Positions 16,502 to 25,674 of a stretch of DNA of 33,080 nucleotides are shown piece after piece (the first letter of the stretch is position 1; each line of letters begins with the position of its first letter). Position numbers and translations under genes: made by a program. Source of the stretch: an uncultured Methanospirillum sp. (GTDB lineage: Archaea > Halobacteriota > Methanomicrobia > Methanomicrobiales > Methanospirillaceae); assembly GCA_964637135.1 (NCBI GenBank), contig CAZWTX010000029.1:1-33080 (forward strand), read 5' to 3'. Under the pieces are notes generated by a model, which was not told the DNA's origin, ran no database searches, and saw only the letters and a program-made list of their open reading frames with translations.

Positions 16502-17256
16502 GCCCCGATCACCAGCGGATTGTCAAGGTTTCTGAGGAGCGAGAGGACGGAGAGTGCGGCAAGGTAACTGGTGGACGGGTTGTCAGGACTTGGAAGGTTG
16601 TTGACCTTGGTATAGATCTCTCCAAACTCTCCACTGACCCATATCTCGTGAATATTCCGATCCACTGCGGGATCAGCCCAGAGTTCCACGTCCACCTCGT
16701 GTTCGGTGGCAAGTGCGATTGCTACTGAGACGTTGATGTTCTTTGGAAACTGCCTGATACATTCGTTTGCCTTTCCACGAAATGCGAGGGTCCTCTCAGA
16801 CACATCCATGTTCAGGCTCTGCGGACTCTTCGTGGTCCTGAGCAGGACCCGGTCGATCTTGCTGATCTGCCCGATTTTCAGGTTATCGAGCCCGATGATG
16901 GCACCGCTCGGGATGTGTATCTTTCTTTTATGTGTTTTTGCTAGGGCCAGGACCTTCTCCCTGAAGTTCCGGTCTGAGAGTGCCCCGACAGAGAGGATGA
17001 GCATATCCTTCCCGTTTGTCAGAACATCGGGCACATATTCCCGGACTGCCATCACCGATGCAGCCTCGACACAGATGTCAAATGTGGCCTGGATAAACTC
17101 GGAAAAATCTGTATAATAGGGGGCTCCTGTACTTAAGGACAGGTCTTTTGCATGCTCGGGAATCCTGTCAAAGAGGGCGGTAATATCGAATCCCTCTGCA
17201 TGGGTAGCAATGATCTTACCGACATTGCCACACCCGAGGAGCCCGATTCTGACCAT
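16498..17256 (-). CDS. nadX: L-aspartate dehydrogenase
   Basis: GCGNVG, VEAAS, LSVGAL, PSGAIIGLD, FPKNINV and NPSTSYLAALS motifs. Operonic with nadA/nadC. Confidence 0.94.
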   Translation of the reverse strand: MVRIGLLGCGNVGKIIATHAEGFDITALFDRIPEHAKDLSLSTGAPYYTDFSEFIQATFDICVEAASVMAVREYVPDVLTNGKDMLILSVGALSDRNFREKVLALAKTHKRKIHIPSGAIIGLDNLKIGQISKIDRVLLRTTKSPQSLNMDVSERTLAFRGKANECIRQFPKNINVSVAIALATEHEVDVELWADPAVDRNIHEIWVSGEFGEIYTKVNNLPSPDNPSTSYLAALSVLSLLRNLDNPLVIGA

Positions 17257-17349
17257 TGCCTACATATATGCCGAATGCGTTTTAATCCCTTTGCTTTCAG
17301 ATACCTGCGTCGCTGTTGATATCCGGCGGAAAAACATACCTGTAATCAC

Positions 17350-18615
17350 GTGGACGAAGGAACGGCGATCAGATCCTCATACCCCTGGCTGGAGGCCTGC
17401 CGGGGCAGAAAGGTCAGTGTCGAGTATTATGGGTGTACCTACAATGAGGGGGATGCTTCTCTTCTCGGTGACATACTCCGCGTGGCAGGCTCCACAATGC
17501 TCCCGGACGCAACGGATGCGGATGTAGTCCTCCTCATCTCCTGTGTCGTTGTCGACCGTACCGAACGGAACATGCTCAGGCGTATCCACCAACTTGCCGG
17601 GAGGGAGGTATGGGTGACCGGGTGTCTCCCGGCGGCCCGTCCTGAGCTGCTTTGTGGTATCCCCCGGGTCAGAACCTTTCCCTCATGCGAAATCCAGGAA
17701 TGCTGGGATGAAATCAGGGTCGTATCACCCCGGGCCGTAGGGGTCGTACAGGTCGGTCCGGGATGTGTCGGATCATGTACGTATTGCATCACCCGGTGTG
17801 CCCGTGGACGGATCAGGAGCCGGGATCCCATGGATATCCTGGAGCATATCCGGCTGCTTTCCGCCTCGGGAACGGTTGAGATCCGGCTTACCGGCCAGGA
17901 TCTCTCTGCATACGGGCATGATCGCGGAGAGACCGCCCTCCCCCCGCTTCTTACCCGGATAAATATCATTCCCGGATCATTCAGGGTCAGGGTGGGTATG
18001 ATGAATCCGGCAACGCTCCTTCCGGTTGCCGATGCCGTTGCACAAGCCATCGGTGGTGACCGGTTCTTCAGGTTTATCCATCTCCCTGTGCAGTCCGGTT
18101 CCGATATCATCCTCTCCCGGATGGGCCGGGGGTATCGGGTCCGGGATGCAAAGGAGATTGTCAGGATCCTGAGATCCCGTCTCCCTGATCTTACCCTCGC
18201 AATCGATCTCATCTGTGGTTTTCCCGGAGAAACAGAAGAAGATCACCGGATGAACCTTCAGGTAATCTCTGATCTTATGCCCGACATGGTCAATATCACG
18301 AGATACTCATACCGCCCGGGGAGCGGATGTGATCGCCGGGACGAGCTTCCCGACCGGATCCGGAAAGAGCGTTCCCGTGAACTGGTAGCGGAGGCCTACC
18401 GCCTGATACTCGGGAAGCGTCTCCATTTCGTTGATTCGGAGGAGACGGTCGTCGTAACCGAGATCCTTCGGGACGGGACGGTAATGGGCCGGACCGCGAC
18501 CTATCAGGGGGTGGTAATCAGGTCAGATCTCTCCCCTGGATCGGTATGCCTGATCAGGATAACAGAGGCACGGACCCATTACCTGGTTGGTGAGCGGATA
18601 TCGGTGAGTGTCTGA
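17350..18615 (+). CDS. MiaB-like radical SAM tRNA methylthiotransferase (probably t6A37 MtaB/e-MtaB type)
   Basis: YGCTYN, SCVVV and VTGCL (UPF0004 cysteines), CVGSCTYC radical SAM motif, RVGMMNP, HLPVQSGSD, GFPGETEED, and a C-terminal TRAM-like region. Confidence 0.9.
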   Translation: MDEGTAIRSSYPWLEACRGRKVSVEYYGCTYNEGDASLLGDILRVAGSTMLPDATDADVVLLISCVVVDRTERNMLRRIHQLAGREVWVTGCLPAARPELLCGIPRVRTFPSCEIQECWDEIRVVSPRAVGVVQVGPGCVGSCTYCITRCARGRIRSRDPMDILEHIRLLSASGTVEIRLTGQDLSAYGHDRGETALPPLLTRINIIPGSFRVRVGMMNPATLLPVADAVAQAIGGDRFFRFIHLPVQSGSDIILSRMGRGYRVRDAKEIVRILRSRLPDLTLAIDLICGFPGETEEDHRMNLQVISDLMPDMVNITRYSYRPGSGCDRRDELPDRIRKERSRELVAEAYRLILGKRLHFVDSEETVVVTEILRDGTVMGRTATYQGVVIRSDLSPGSVCLIRITEARTHYLVGERISVSV

Positions 18616-18659
18616 TTCGCTGCATCTATCCGTCTGCCTGACAGAGATGTACCCGTATT

Positions 18660-19202
18660 ATGGACGAGACGATATCACACGGGTACCACCGGCTCATGGA
18701 TCTCATCAATACGAAGAGCGGGGAGATCGATGTATATACACAGGAGATCAGGGAGAAAGATGCCGACCTTCTCTCCCGGATGGGTGCCTCGACAAGCCCT
18801 GTTGTCTCCCGGATCGGGCTTGAGATGCTTGAGCGGGGGAAGAAGGGAAACCAGGATGATATCTATGATGCACGGCATTACGACCGGAAGATGATCATCC
18901 TGGGAAGATCCAGTGAACCCGTTGCATATCGCCCTGATAACATGAACAAAGCGGTATCAGATCAATTCTGCTGCCTTGGAGAGGACGGGAATTTCTACGA
19001 GATCATGTACAGCGACGACGGGCATGTCATCGATTCATACCGTGCAGAACTCTCTCCCGGGCAGGTTATTGATCTCTACGGATACGAAGTCATGTTCATG
19101 CTGTACAAGGCGATGCTCCAGTATCTTGAGAACCAGGAAGTCCTCCTTGCCGCCCTTGACAAGACCATCTCGTATATCAGAACCGGCTCAATCACCGGAT
19201 GA
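18660..19202 (+). CDS. Hypothetical protein
   Basis: 180-aa ORF with gene-like composition filling the gap, with helical N- and C-termini. No recognised motif. Confidence 0.75.
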   Translation: MDETISHGYHRLMDLINTKSGEIDVYTQEIREKDADLLSRMGASTSPVVSRIGLEMLERGKKGNQDDIYDARHYDRKMIILGRSSEPVAYRPDNMNKAVSDQFCCLGEDGNFYEIMYSDDGHVIDSYRAELSPGQVIDLYGYEVMFMLYKAMLQYLENQEVLLAALDKTISYIRTGSITG

Positions 19203-19691
19203 TCACTTTTTCCAGGAAAAGAGGGGAAAGGCAGGTTTCAGGGGATCGGTCTCCCCGGAAAGGTTGTTGATCGAACACTGCCGTTCGTGTTCCCTGCCGT
19301 TACCGTCTTTCCAGCTGATAAAGACCTTGCCCTGAAGGAGGACGGTGGGCAGGTTAATGGAAGCAGTTTTATCCGGACCGAGGGAGGGTAGTTCAAACCG
19401 GTGTTCACCGGGATGAATCTCGACCCGGATCCCGCGGGCAGTATCCATCCCGGTATTTTCTATCCTGACTGATCGGCCATCGCTGTTAAACTCCGCGATA
19501 AGAACCGGCTTTGCATTTCGTGATGCATCCTCGGAGATGAAGTATGAGAGAAGAAGGACTCCGCAGACGATGGCAGGAATGCCTGCCAGCAGGGGATCAA
19601 TGCCGGCAATGACAACGGTGAGAATTCCTGAGATGATAACCAGCGTTCTGAGCAGCCTGCGGTTACTTCCAGTGATATCGGATGATGACAT
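19203..19691 (-). CDS. Hypothetical membrane protein (2 TM plus beta-rich domain)
   Basis: Two N-terminal hydrophobic helices followed by an IENTGMDTARGIRV Ig/CARDB-like beta segment. Confidence 0.72.
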   Translation of the reverse strand: MSSSDITGSNRRLLRTLVIISGILTVVIAGIDPLLAGIPAIVCGVLLLSYFISEDASRNAKPVLIAEFNSDGRSVRIENTGMDTARGIRVEIHPGEHRFELPSLGPDKTASINLPTVLLQGKVFISWKDGNGREHERQCSINNLSGETDPLKPAFPLFSWKK

Positions 19692-19701
19692 AAAACAGTG
19701 A

Positions 19702-19775
19702 TGGGCCCGATGCGATTCGAACGCATGACCTCCCGGTTATCAGCCGGGTGCACCACCTGGCTATGCTACGGGCCC
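19702..19775 (-). tRNA. tRNA-Ile (GAT)
   Basis: Reverse complement GGGCCCGTAGCATAGCCAGGTGGTGCACCCGGCTGATAACCGGGAGGTCATGCGTTCGAATCGCATCGGGCCCA folds as a cloverleaf with GAT anticodon. Confidence 0.96.
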
Positions 19776-19908
19776 AGAGGCTCTAATTAGGTTATATGTA
19801 CCACCTATTAAATATTTGGAATCAGGATTCCGGGGAGGAAGGGATCATCTCTCATACCTGCAGATGAAACCAGATCCTCAGTTCTCCCAGATCTCCGGAT
19901 TGAACAGT

Positions 19909-21678
19909 ATGGTTGTCAGATATCTACTTGGGAATGAAGCAATAGCCCACGGCTGTCTGGAGGCAGCCCTGGATGTTGCCTGTGGTTATCCGGGGACACC
20001 ATCCTCGGAAGTAATTGACACGCTCCGCGCCCTGCCTGAACGGCATTATTACGTGGAGTGGTCGGTGAACGAGAAAGTTGCATTTGAAGAGGCCCTTGCG
20101 GCATCCTGGTGCGGAAAACGAAGCCTCTGCACGATGAAGCATGTCGGCCTGAACGTTGCGGCAGATCCTCTTATGACCTCTGCCTATACCGGGGTGAAAG
20201 GTGGGTTTGTCATCCTTTCTGCAGACGATCCCTTTGCCCATTCATCCCAGAACGAACAGGACAGCAGGCGGTACGCGCATTTTGCCAGAATCCCCTGCCT
20301 TGATCCCTCGTCTGTCCAGCAGGCCCATGACCTGATGCGGGACGCCTTTGCTCTCTCTGAAGAGTTCTCCCTTCCGGTACTGTACAGGCCCACGACGCGG
20401 ATCTGTCATTCAAAGAGTGATGTCTCTCTCGGAGAGACCGTGGTATCAGACCGGACGGCACATTTTGAGAAGGATCCCACGCAGTATGTGGTCATCCCTG
20501 CCCATACCCGGATTCTCCATACAAAACTCAACGAGAAACAGCCGGCACTCGCGAAAAAACTAATCGAACGCGGGTATAATCGTGGTGAGCGGAATGGAAA
20601 GACTGCGGTCATTTGTGGCGGGGTTGCGGCAGCGTATGTCAGGGAAGTGATCCCCCCTGATGTCTCGGTGGCGGTCATCAACGCATACCCGATCGACGAG
20701 GACTGGCTGAAAGCTTTCATCAACGGGCATGATCTCGTCGTCGTCGTTGAAGAACTCGCCCCGGTCATTGAGGAAGTATGCCGGCAGGTGGCCGGCACCG
20801 TGACCGTTCTTGGGAAGAAGACCGGCCATGTTCCCTACGAGGGTGAACTGGCACCTGACCGGGTGGCGTCCTGCCTTGAAAAGGCTGGTATCAGTCTGAA
20901 AGTGTCGTATCCTCCTGTAAAGGGGGCAGTAGGACTTCCGGTCAGGCCACCGATCCTCTGTGCAGGCTGCATGCATCGGACTGCCATGTATGCGATCAAA
21001 AAAGTATTCAAAGACGGGATATTCCCGAGCGATATCGGGTGTTACACCCTTGGACTGCAACTCGGGGTCGTGGATACGGTCATCTGCATGGGAGCCTCGA
21101 TAACAGTCGCGTCAGGCATGGCCCAGGCAGGCGAGGAGCGGGATATCGTCTGTACCATTGGTGACTCCACGTTCCTCCATACCGGGATCCAGGGCCTTTT
21201 AAACGCGGTGTATAACCGTGCCAGGATCACGGTTGTCATCCTTGACAACCGGATCACAGCCATGACCGGGCATCAGCCGAACCCGACGACCGGTGAGACC
21301 GCGTGCGGGGTAGTGACACCGGCAGTCTCCCTTGAGACGATCTGTCGTGCCTGCGGGGCATCATTTGTCGAAACGGTAAGTCCGAACGATCTCATCCAGT
21401 TCACCCGGGTTCTCCGGGAGGCAAAGGAACGGGACGGAGTGAAGGTGATTATCGCAAAGCAGCCCTGTGTTATCTCCGAACGGCGCCAGAAGATTTCACG
21501 GGGGCGGTATATGGTCAATACCACGGTATGTATCGGGTGCAAAGCGTGTATCCGGTTCGGGTGCCCGGCAATCGAGCTTGATGGCGGACTCGCCAGGATC
21601 AACGAACTCTGTTCCGGTTGCGGGGTCTGTCTCCAGATCTGCCCGGTCGGCGCTATCTCCCGGGAGGTGAGGGAATGA
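19909..21678 (+). CDS. iorA: Indolepyruvate:ferredoxin oxidoreductase alpha subunit
   Basis: LLGNEAIA, GYPGTPSSE, MKHVGLNVAADP, SSQNEQD, RPPILCAGC, SDIGCY, GDSTFLH and TAMTGHQP motifs, plus two C-terminal Fe-S motifs. Start ATG 19909. Confidence 0.96.
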   Translation: MVVRYLLGNEAIAHGCLEAALDVACGYPGTPSSEVIDTLRALPERHYYVEWSVNEKVAFEEALAASWCGKRSLCTMKHVGLNVAADPLMTSAYTGVKGGFVILSADDPFAHSSQNEQDSRRYAHFARIPCLDPSSVQQAHDLMRDAFALSEEFSLPVLYRPTTRICHSKSDVSLGETVVSDRTAHFEKDPTQYVVIPAHTRILHTKLNEKQPALAKKLIERGYNRGERNGKTAVICGGVAAAYVREVIPPDVSVAVINAYPIDEDWLKAFINGHDLVVVVEELAPVIEEVCRQVAGTVTVLGKKTGHVPYEGELAPDRVASCLEKAGISLKVSYPPVKGAVGLPVRPPILCAGCMHRTAMYAIKKVFKDGIFPSDIGCYTLGLQLGVVDTVICMGASITVASGMAQAGEERDIVCTIGDSTFLHTGIQGLLNAVYNRARITVVILDNRITAMTGHQPNPTTGETACGVVTPAVSLETICRACGASFVETVSPNDLIQFTRVLREAKERDGVKVIIAKQPCVISERRQKISRGRYMVNTTVCIGCKACIRFGCPAIELDGGLARINELCSGCGVCLQICPVGAISREVRE

Positions 21679-22253
21679 GTTTTGATCTCCTGATCGTAGG
21701 GATCGGTGGCCAGGGAACCATCCTGACATCGAACATCATCGGCGAAGCCTGTGTGATTGAGGGGATCGCTGTCCGGGGAGCGGAAACCCATGGCATGGCC
21801 CAGCGCGGGGGTTCGGTTGAGACCCAGATCCGGATCGGCCAGGAATGGGGTTCCCTGATTGCACCCGGCACGGCTGACATGATCATCTCCTTTGATCTCA
21901 TGGAAACCGTCAGGTATTCCCATTACCTCAATGCAGGAGGGAAGATTTTCACGAGCAATGAATACGTGATACCGACCACGGTCTTTATGCAGGACTTCCC
22001 CGCTCCTGATGAATCCTTCCTTCTGGCCTCCCTCGGGGAGTTTGACCTGGTGACGGTTGATGCCCGTCGGATCGCTGAAGAGGCAGGGAGCATCCTCACC
22101 CAGAACGTGGTGCTTCTCGGTGCTGCTTCGGTGCATCTTCCCCTGCAGGCTGCGTCTCTTGAGGAGGCGATCCGACGCTGTGTCCCCGGGAAGACGATCG
22201 ATCTGAACCTGAAGGCCTTCAGATCGGGGCAGATGGTAACCGGCAGGACCTGA
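21675..22253 (+). CDS. iorB: Indolepyruvate:ferredoxin oxidoreductase beta subunit
   Basis: GIGGQGTIL and ETHGMAQRGGSV motifs. GGAGGTGA SD and ATGA overlap with iorA. Confidence 0.95.
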   Translation: MSFDLLIVGIGGQGTILTSNIIGEACVIEGIAVRGAETHGMAQRGGSVETQIRIGQEWGSLIAPGTADMIISFDLMETVRYSHYLNAGGKIFTSNEYVIPTTVFMQDFPAPDESFLLASLGEFDLVTVDARRIAEEAGSILTQNVVLLGAASVHLPLQAASLEEAIRRCVPGKTIDLNLKAFRSGQMVTGRT

Positions 22254-22341
22254 TCGGCTGTCGTTCCCGATCTCCCCGACGGTCAGCCGGATTCATCAAA
22301 TGGTGCACCACGTGAAAAACCCTGCACCAACCCGGCGATCC

Positions 22342-22350
22342 TTTTTTATG
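22342..22350 (+). promoter_or_regulatory. TATA-like element of the leu operon
   Basis: TTTTTTATG positioned so that transcription would start near ATG 22368/22374. Confidence 0.5.
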
Positions 22351-22367
22351 TTCTACGGGTAACCTGT

Positions 22368-22448
22368 ATGATCATGTCTCAACACGTAACTGAGACCCGG
22401 AACGTCGCATCATCTCCCGATGCGGCAGGTCGCTTTCTCCAGCGATAA
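22368..22448 (+). other. Putative leader uORF (26 codons, [26 protein letters not shown]) overlapping the leuA start
   Basis: Manual translation from ATG 22368 (second ATG 22374) to TAA 22446-22448. leuA is in the +1 frame. Translation not demonstrated. Confidence 0.45.
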
Positions 22449-23952
22449 GCATAGCAAACGAAGAATTACTGTTTTCGATACCACGCTCCGTGACGGTGAA
22501 CAGACTCCCGGTGTGTCCTTCTCTCCTGCTGACAAGATCGAGATCGCCCGTCAGTTATCTGCTATAGGCGTGCATGTGATCGAGGCCGGATTTCCGGCGT
22601 CTTCTGAGGATGAATTCTCCATCGTCAGGTCTATTGCATCCCAGGGGTTTGATGCCACCATCTGTGGCCTGGCCCGGTCGGTCAGATCTGACGTGGACCG
22701 GTGCATCGATGCAGGAGTGGAGATGGTGCATGTCTTCATTCCCACCTCTGAAGTGCAGCGTGTTCATACGATCCGTAAGAGCCACGAGGAGGTCGTTGCA
22801 ATAACCGGGGATATCATTCGGTATGCCCGGGATCATGCAGACAAGGTTCTCTTCTCTGCAATGGATGCCACCCGTACCGGCATCCCCGAACTGATCGAGG
22901 TGTACCGGGCAGCCGTTGAGGCTGGTGCAACAGCGATCAATGTACCTGACACTGTTGGTGTTGCAACCCCGGCATCAATGCATCACCTCATCTCCTCCCT
23001 CCGGAAAGAGATATCCTGTACCATAGATGTCCACTGCCACAATGACTTCGGGATGGCAAATGCCAACACGGTCTCGGCAGTTGAGGCTGGTGCTGACCAG
23101 GTTCAGGTTACAGTGAACGGCATCGGGGAGCGGGCAGGAAATGCGGACATAGCCGCAACCGTGATGTCCATCGAGTCTATTCTCGGGTATACCACAGGGA
23201 TTGTGACCCCCCGGCTGGTCGAAACCTCCCGGATGGTCTCCCGGTTTTCAGGGATCATGGTCCCGCCGACCTACCCGGTCGTCGGTGAACATGCGTTCTC
23301 CCACGAGAGCGGGATCCATGCCCAGGGCGTACTGGAACATGCCGGCACCTTTGAACCCGGGATCATGACCCCTGAGATGGTCGGTCACCGCCGGCGGCTG
23401 AAACTGGGAAAACATGTCGGCAGGCATGCAATCAGGGAGATCCTCTCCCAGGTGCATATTGTGCCCGATGATACCCAGATGGATGAAATTATCGCCCGGG
23501 TCAAGCAGATTGCAGCGAGAGGCCGGCGTATCACCGAACATGACCTCTACGAGATCGCCGAGACGGTCATCGGTGCCTTGTCAACGGTCAGGTACATCGA
23601 TCTCGTGGATATCGCGATCATGACCGGGAACCACATGATCCCGACCGCGACCGTCAGGGCGAGGGTGAATGGGGTTGAACAGGTCTGTTGCAGTACCGGG
23701 AACGGTTCGGTCGATGCCGCGATCAGGGCATTGATTGGCACGGTTCCAAAAACGGCAACCTTAAAGGAGTTCAATATCTCTGCGATATCAGAGGGAAGCG
23801 ATGCCCTCGGGCAGGTAACCCTCGTTGTCGAGGATGAAAAAGGACGAATCTTCGATGCAGCTGCGTCAGGAGATGATATCGTACTGGCTTCCGTTGAAGC
23901 AATGGCGAACGCTTTGAATATGGTGTACCGCAATGGCACAAACGATAACTGA
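22420..23952 (+). CDS. leuA: 2-isopropylmalate synthase (LeuA/CimA family, with C-terminal regulatory domain)
   Basis: [41 protein letters not shown] and HESGIH motifs. Heads leuC-leuD-leuB. Citramalate synthase not fully excluded. Confidence 0.88.
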   Translation: MRQVAFSSDKHSKRRITVFDTTLRDGEQTPGVSFSPADKIEIARQLSAIGVHVIEAGFPASSEDEFSIVRSIASQGFDATICGLARSVRSDVDRCIDAGVEMVHVFIPTSEVQRVHTIRKSHEEVVAITGDIIRYARDHADKVLFSAMDATRTGIPELIEVYRAAVEAGATAINVPDTVGVATPASMHHLISSLRKEISCTIDVHCHNDFGMANANTVSAVEAGADQVQVTVNGIGERAGNADIAATVMSIESILGYTTGIVTPRLVETSRMVSRFSGIMVPPTYPVVGEHAFSHESGIHAQGVLEHAGTFEPGIMTPEMVGHRRRLKLGKHVGRHAIREILSQVHIVPDDTQMDEIIARVKQIAARGRRITEHDLYEIAETVIGALSTVRYIDLVDIAIMTGNHMIPTATVRARVNGVEQVCCSTGNGSVDAAIRALIGTVPKTATLKEFNISAISEGSDALGQVTLVVEDEKGRIFDAAASGDDIVLASVEAMANALNMVYRNGTNDN

Positions 23953-25183
23953 AAAGATCTTCTCCTCCCGGTCCGGGAGGACGGTAATGGCAGGAGACGT
24001 GGTCATGGCCCCGGTTGACGGGGCAATGATCCATGATATCACCGGACCTCTGGCTATCGATAAGTTCCGCGAGATGGGTGGGGTCAGGGTCTTCGATCCT
24101 GAGAAGATCATCATGCTCTTTGATCACCAGACCCCGGCCGACTCCCTGAATGCGGCTGAAAACCAGAAGATGATGCGTGAATTTGCCCGTGAACAGGGTA
24201 TTTTCAATTACGATATCCGTGAGGGGGTCTGTCACCAGGTGACTCTTGAAAAAGGACGGGTAAAACCCGGAGATATCATCATCGGTGCTGATTCTCACAC
24301 CTGTACGTATGGAGCGGTCGGGGCATTCGCGACCGGTGTCGGCTCGACAGATATGGGGTTTGCTATCCGGTATGGCTGTCTGTACTTCCGTGTTCCGGAG
24401 AGTATCCGTGCCAACGTGACCGGTTCATTCCCGTCCCGGGTAGGTCCCAAGGATCTGATCCTCAGCATCACGAAGGATATCGGGGTTGACGGGGCGACGT
24501 ACCGGGCGGTCGAGTTCACCGGTGAGACGATCGAAACGATGGGCATGCCTGGGCGGATGACCTGCTGCAATATGGCCATCGAGATGGGTGGAAAAGCCGG
24601 TATCGTCCCCCCCGATGCCACTACAGAAACATATCTCTCTGGTCGGGGACTGTTTGCAAACACGGATCTGAAGAGTGACGAGGGGGCATCCTATGTCTCA
24701 TGGCGCGATTACGATGTCACCGATCTCGCTCCCCAGGTTGCCGTGCCGCATAATGTGGACCAGGTCGTTGATGTTGGTGAGGTCGCCGGGACACCGGTTG
24801 ACCAGGTCTTCATCGGTTCCTGCACGAACGGGAGGTTCGAGGATCTCGCCGAGGCAGCAGACGTGCTCGGAAACCGGAAGTTTTCAGATACTGTCAGGGT
24901 TCTGATCATCCCGGCATCCCGTGCCGAGTACCTCAAGGCACTGCGTGCCGGCCTGATTGAACAGTTTGTCGAAGCGGGTGCACTTGTCGAGGCACCCTGC
25001 TGCGGGCCGTGCATGGGTGGATCCTTCGGCCTGATCGCAGGCGGGGAGGTCTGCTTTGCTACTTCGAACCGGAATTTCAAGGGACGACAGGGATCCCCGG
25101 ACGGAAAGGTGTATCTCGGCTCGGCAGCGACAGCAGCGGCTACCGCGATCACCGGCGAGATCACCGACCCGAGGGAGGTGTAA
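23933..25183 (+). CDS. leuC: 3-isopropylmalate dehydratase large subunit
   Basis: [41 protein letters not shown] and [11 protein letters not shown] motifs. Confidence 0.93.
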   Translation: MAQTITEKIFSSRSGRTVMAGDVVMAPVDGAMIHDITGPLAIDKFREMGGVRVFDPEKIIMLFDHQTPADSLNAAENQKMMREFAREQGIFNYDIREGVCHQVTLEKGRVKPGDIIIGADSHTCTYGAVGAFATGVGSTDMGFAIRYGCLYFRVPESIRANVTGSFPSRVGPKDLILSITKDIGVDGATYRAVEFTGETIETMGMPGRMTCCNMAIEMGGKAGIVPPDATTETYLSGRGLFANTDLKSDEGASYVSWRDYDVTDLAPQVAVPHNVDQVVDVGEVAGTPVDQVFIGSCTNGRFEDLAEAADVLGNRKFSDTVRVLIIPASRAEYLKALRAGLIEQFVEAGALVEAPCCGPCMGGSFGLIAGGEVCFATSNRNFKGRQGSPDGKVYLGSAATAAATAITGEITDPREV

Positions 25184-25674
25184 TGATGCGGGTCTGGAAG
25201 TTTGGCGATAACATCGATACCGATGCGATCATCCCGGGCCGGTTTCTGACAATCAACGATCCGAAGGAACTCGCCATGCATGCATTCGAAGGGATCCGGG
25301 ATGATTTTGCGAAGCAGGCCGGCGAAGGTGACATCATCGTCGGCGGAAAGAACTTCGGATGCGGTTCTTCCCGGGAACATGCCCCGCTTGCACTGAAGGG
25401 AGCCGGTGTCCGGATGGTTGTGGCTGAATCCTTTGCACGGATATTTTACCGGAACAGTATCAACGTCGGTCTTCTGCCGGTTATCTGTCCGGGGGCCGGT
25501 GAGATCACCGAACAGGACACGATCGTTCCCCATCCTGAAGAGGGATACCTTGAGGTTTCCGGGCGCCGGCTCCAGGTAGAACCGGTTCCGGAGTTCCTTC
25601 AGATGATAACGCAGGCCGGTGGTCTTGTCGGGTATGCAGCAACCATAACGGAGAAGGATCTATGCACAAAGTAG
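25183..25674 (+). CDS. leuD: 3-isopropylmalate dehydratase small subunit
   Basis: VWKFGDNIDTDAIIPG, NFGCGSSREHA and SFARIFYRN motifs. GGAGGTG SD and TAATG coupling. Confidence 0.93.
   Translation: MMRVWKFGDNIDTDAIIPGRFLTINDPKELAMHAFEGIRDDFAKQAGEGDIIVGGKNFGCGSSREHAPLALKGAGVRMVVAESFARIFYRNSINVGLLPVICPGAGEITEQDTIVPHPEEGYLEVSGRRLQVEPVPEFLQMITQAGGLVGYAATITEKDLCTK

Noticed and set aside
19816..19908. Upstream extension of iorA in the ORF track
   Set aside because: The family N-terminal motif (LLGNEAIA) begins just after ATG 19909. The extension looks like leader sequence.
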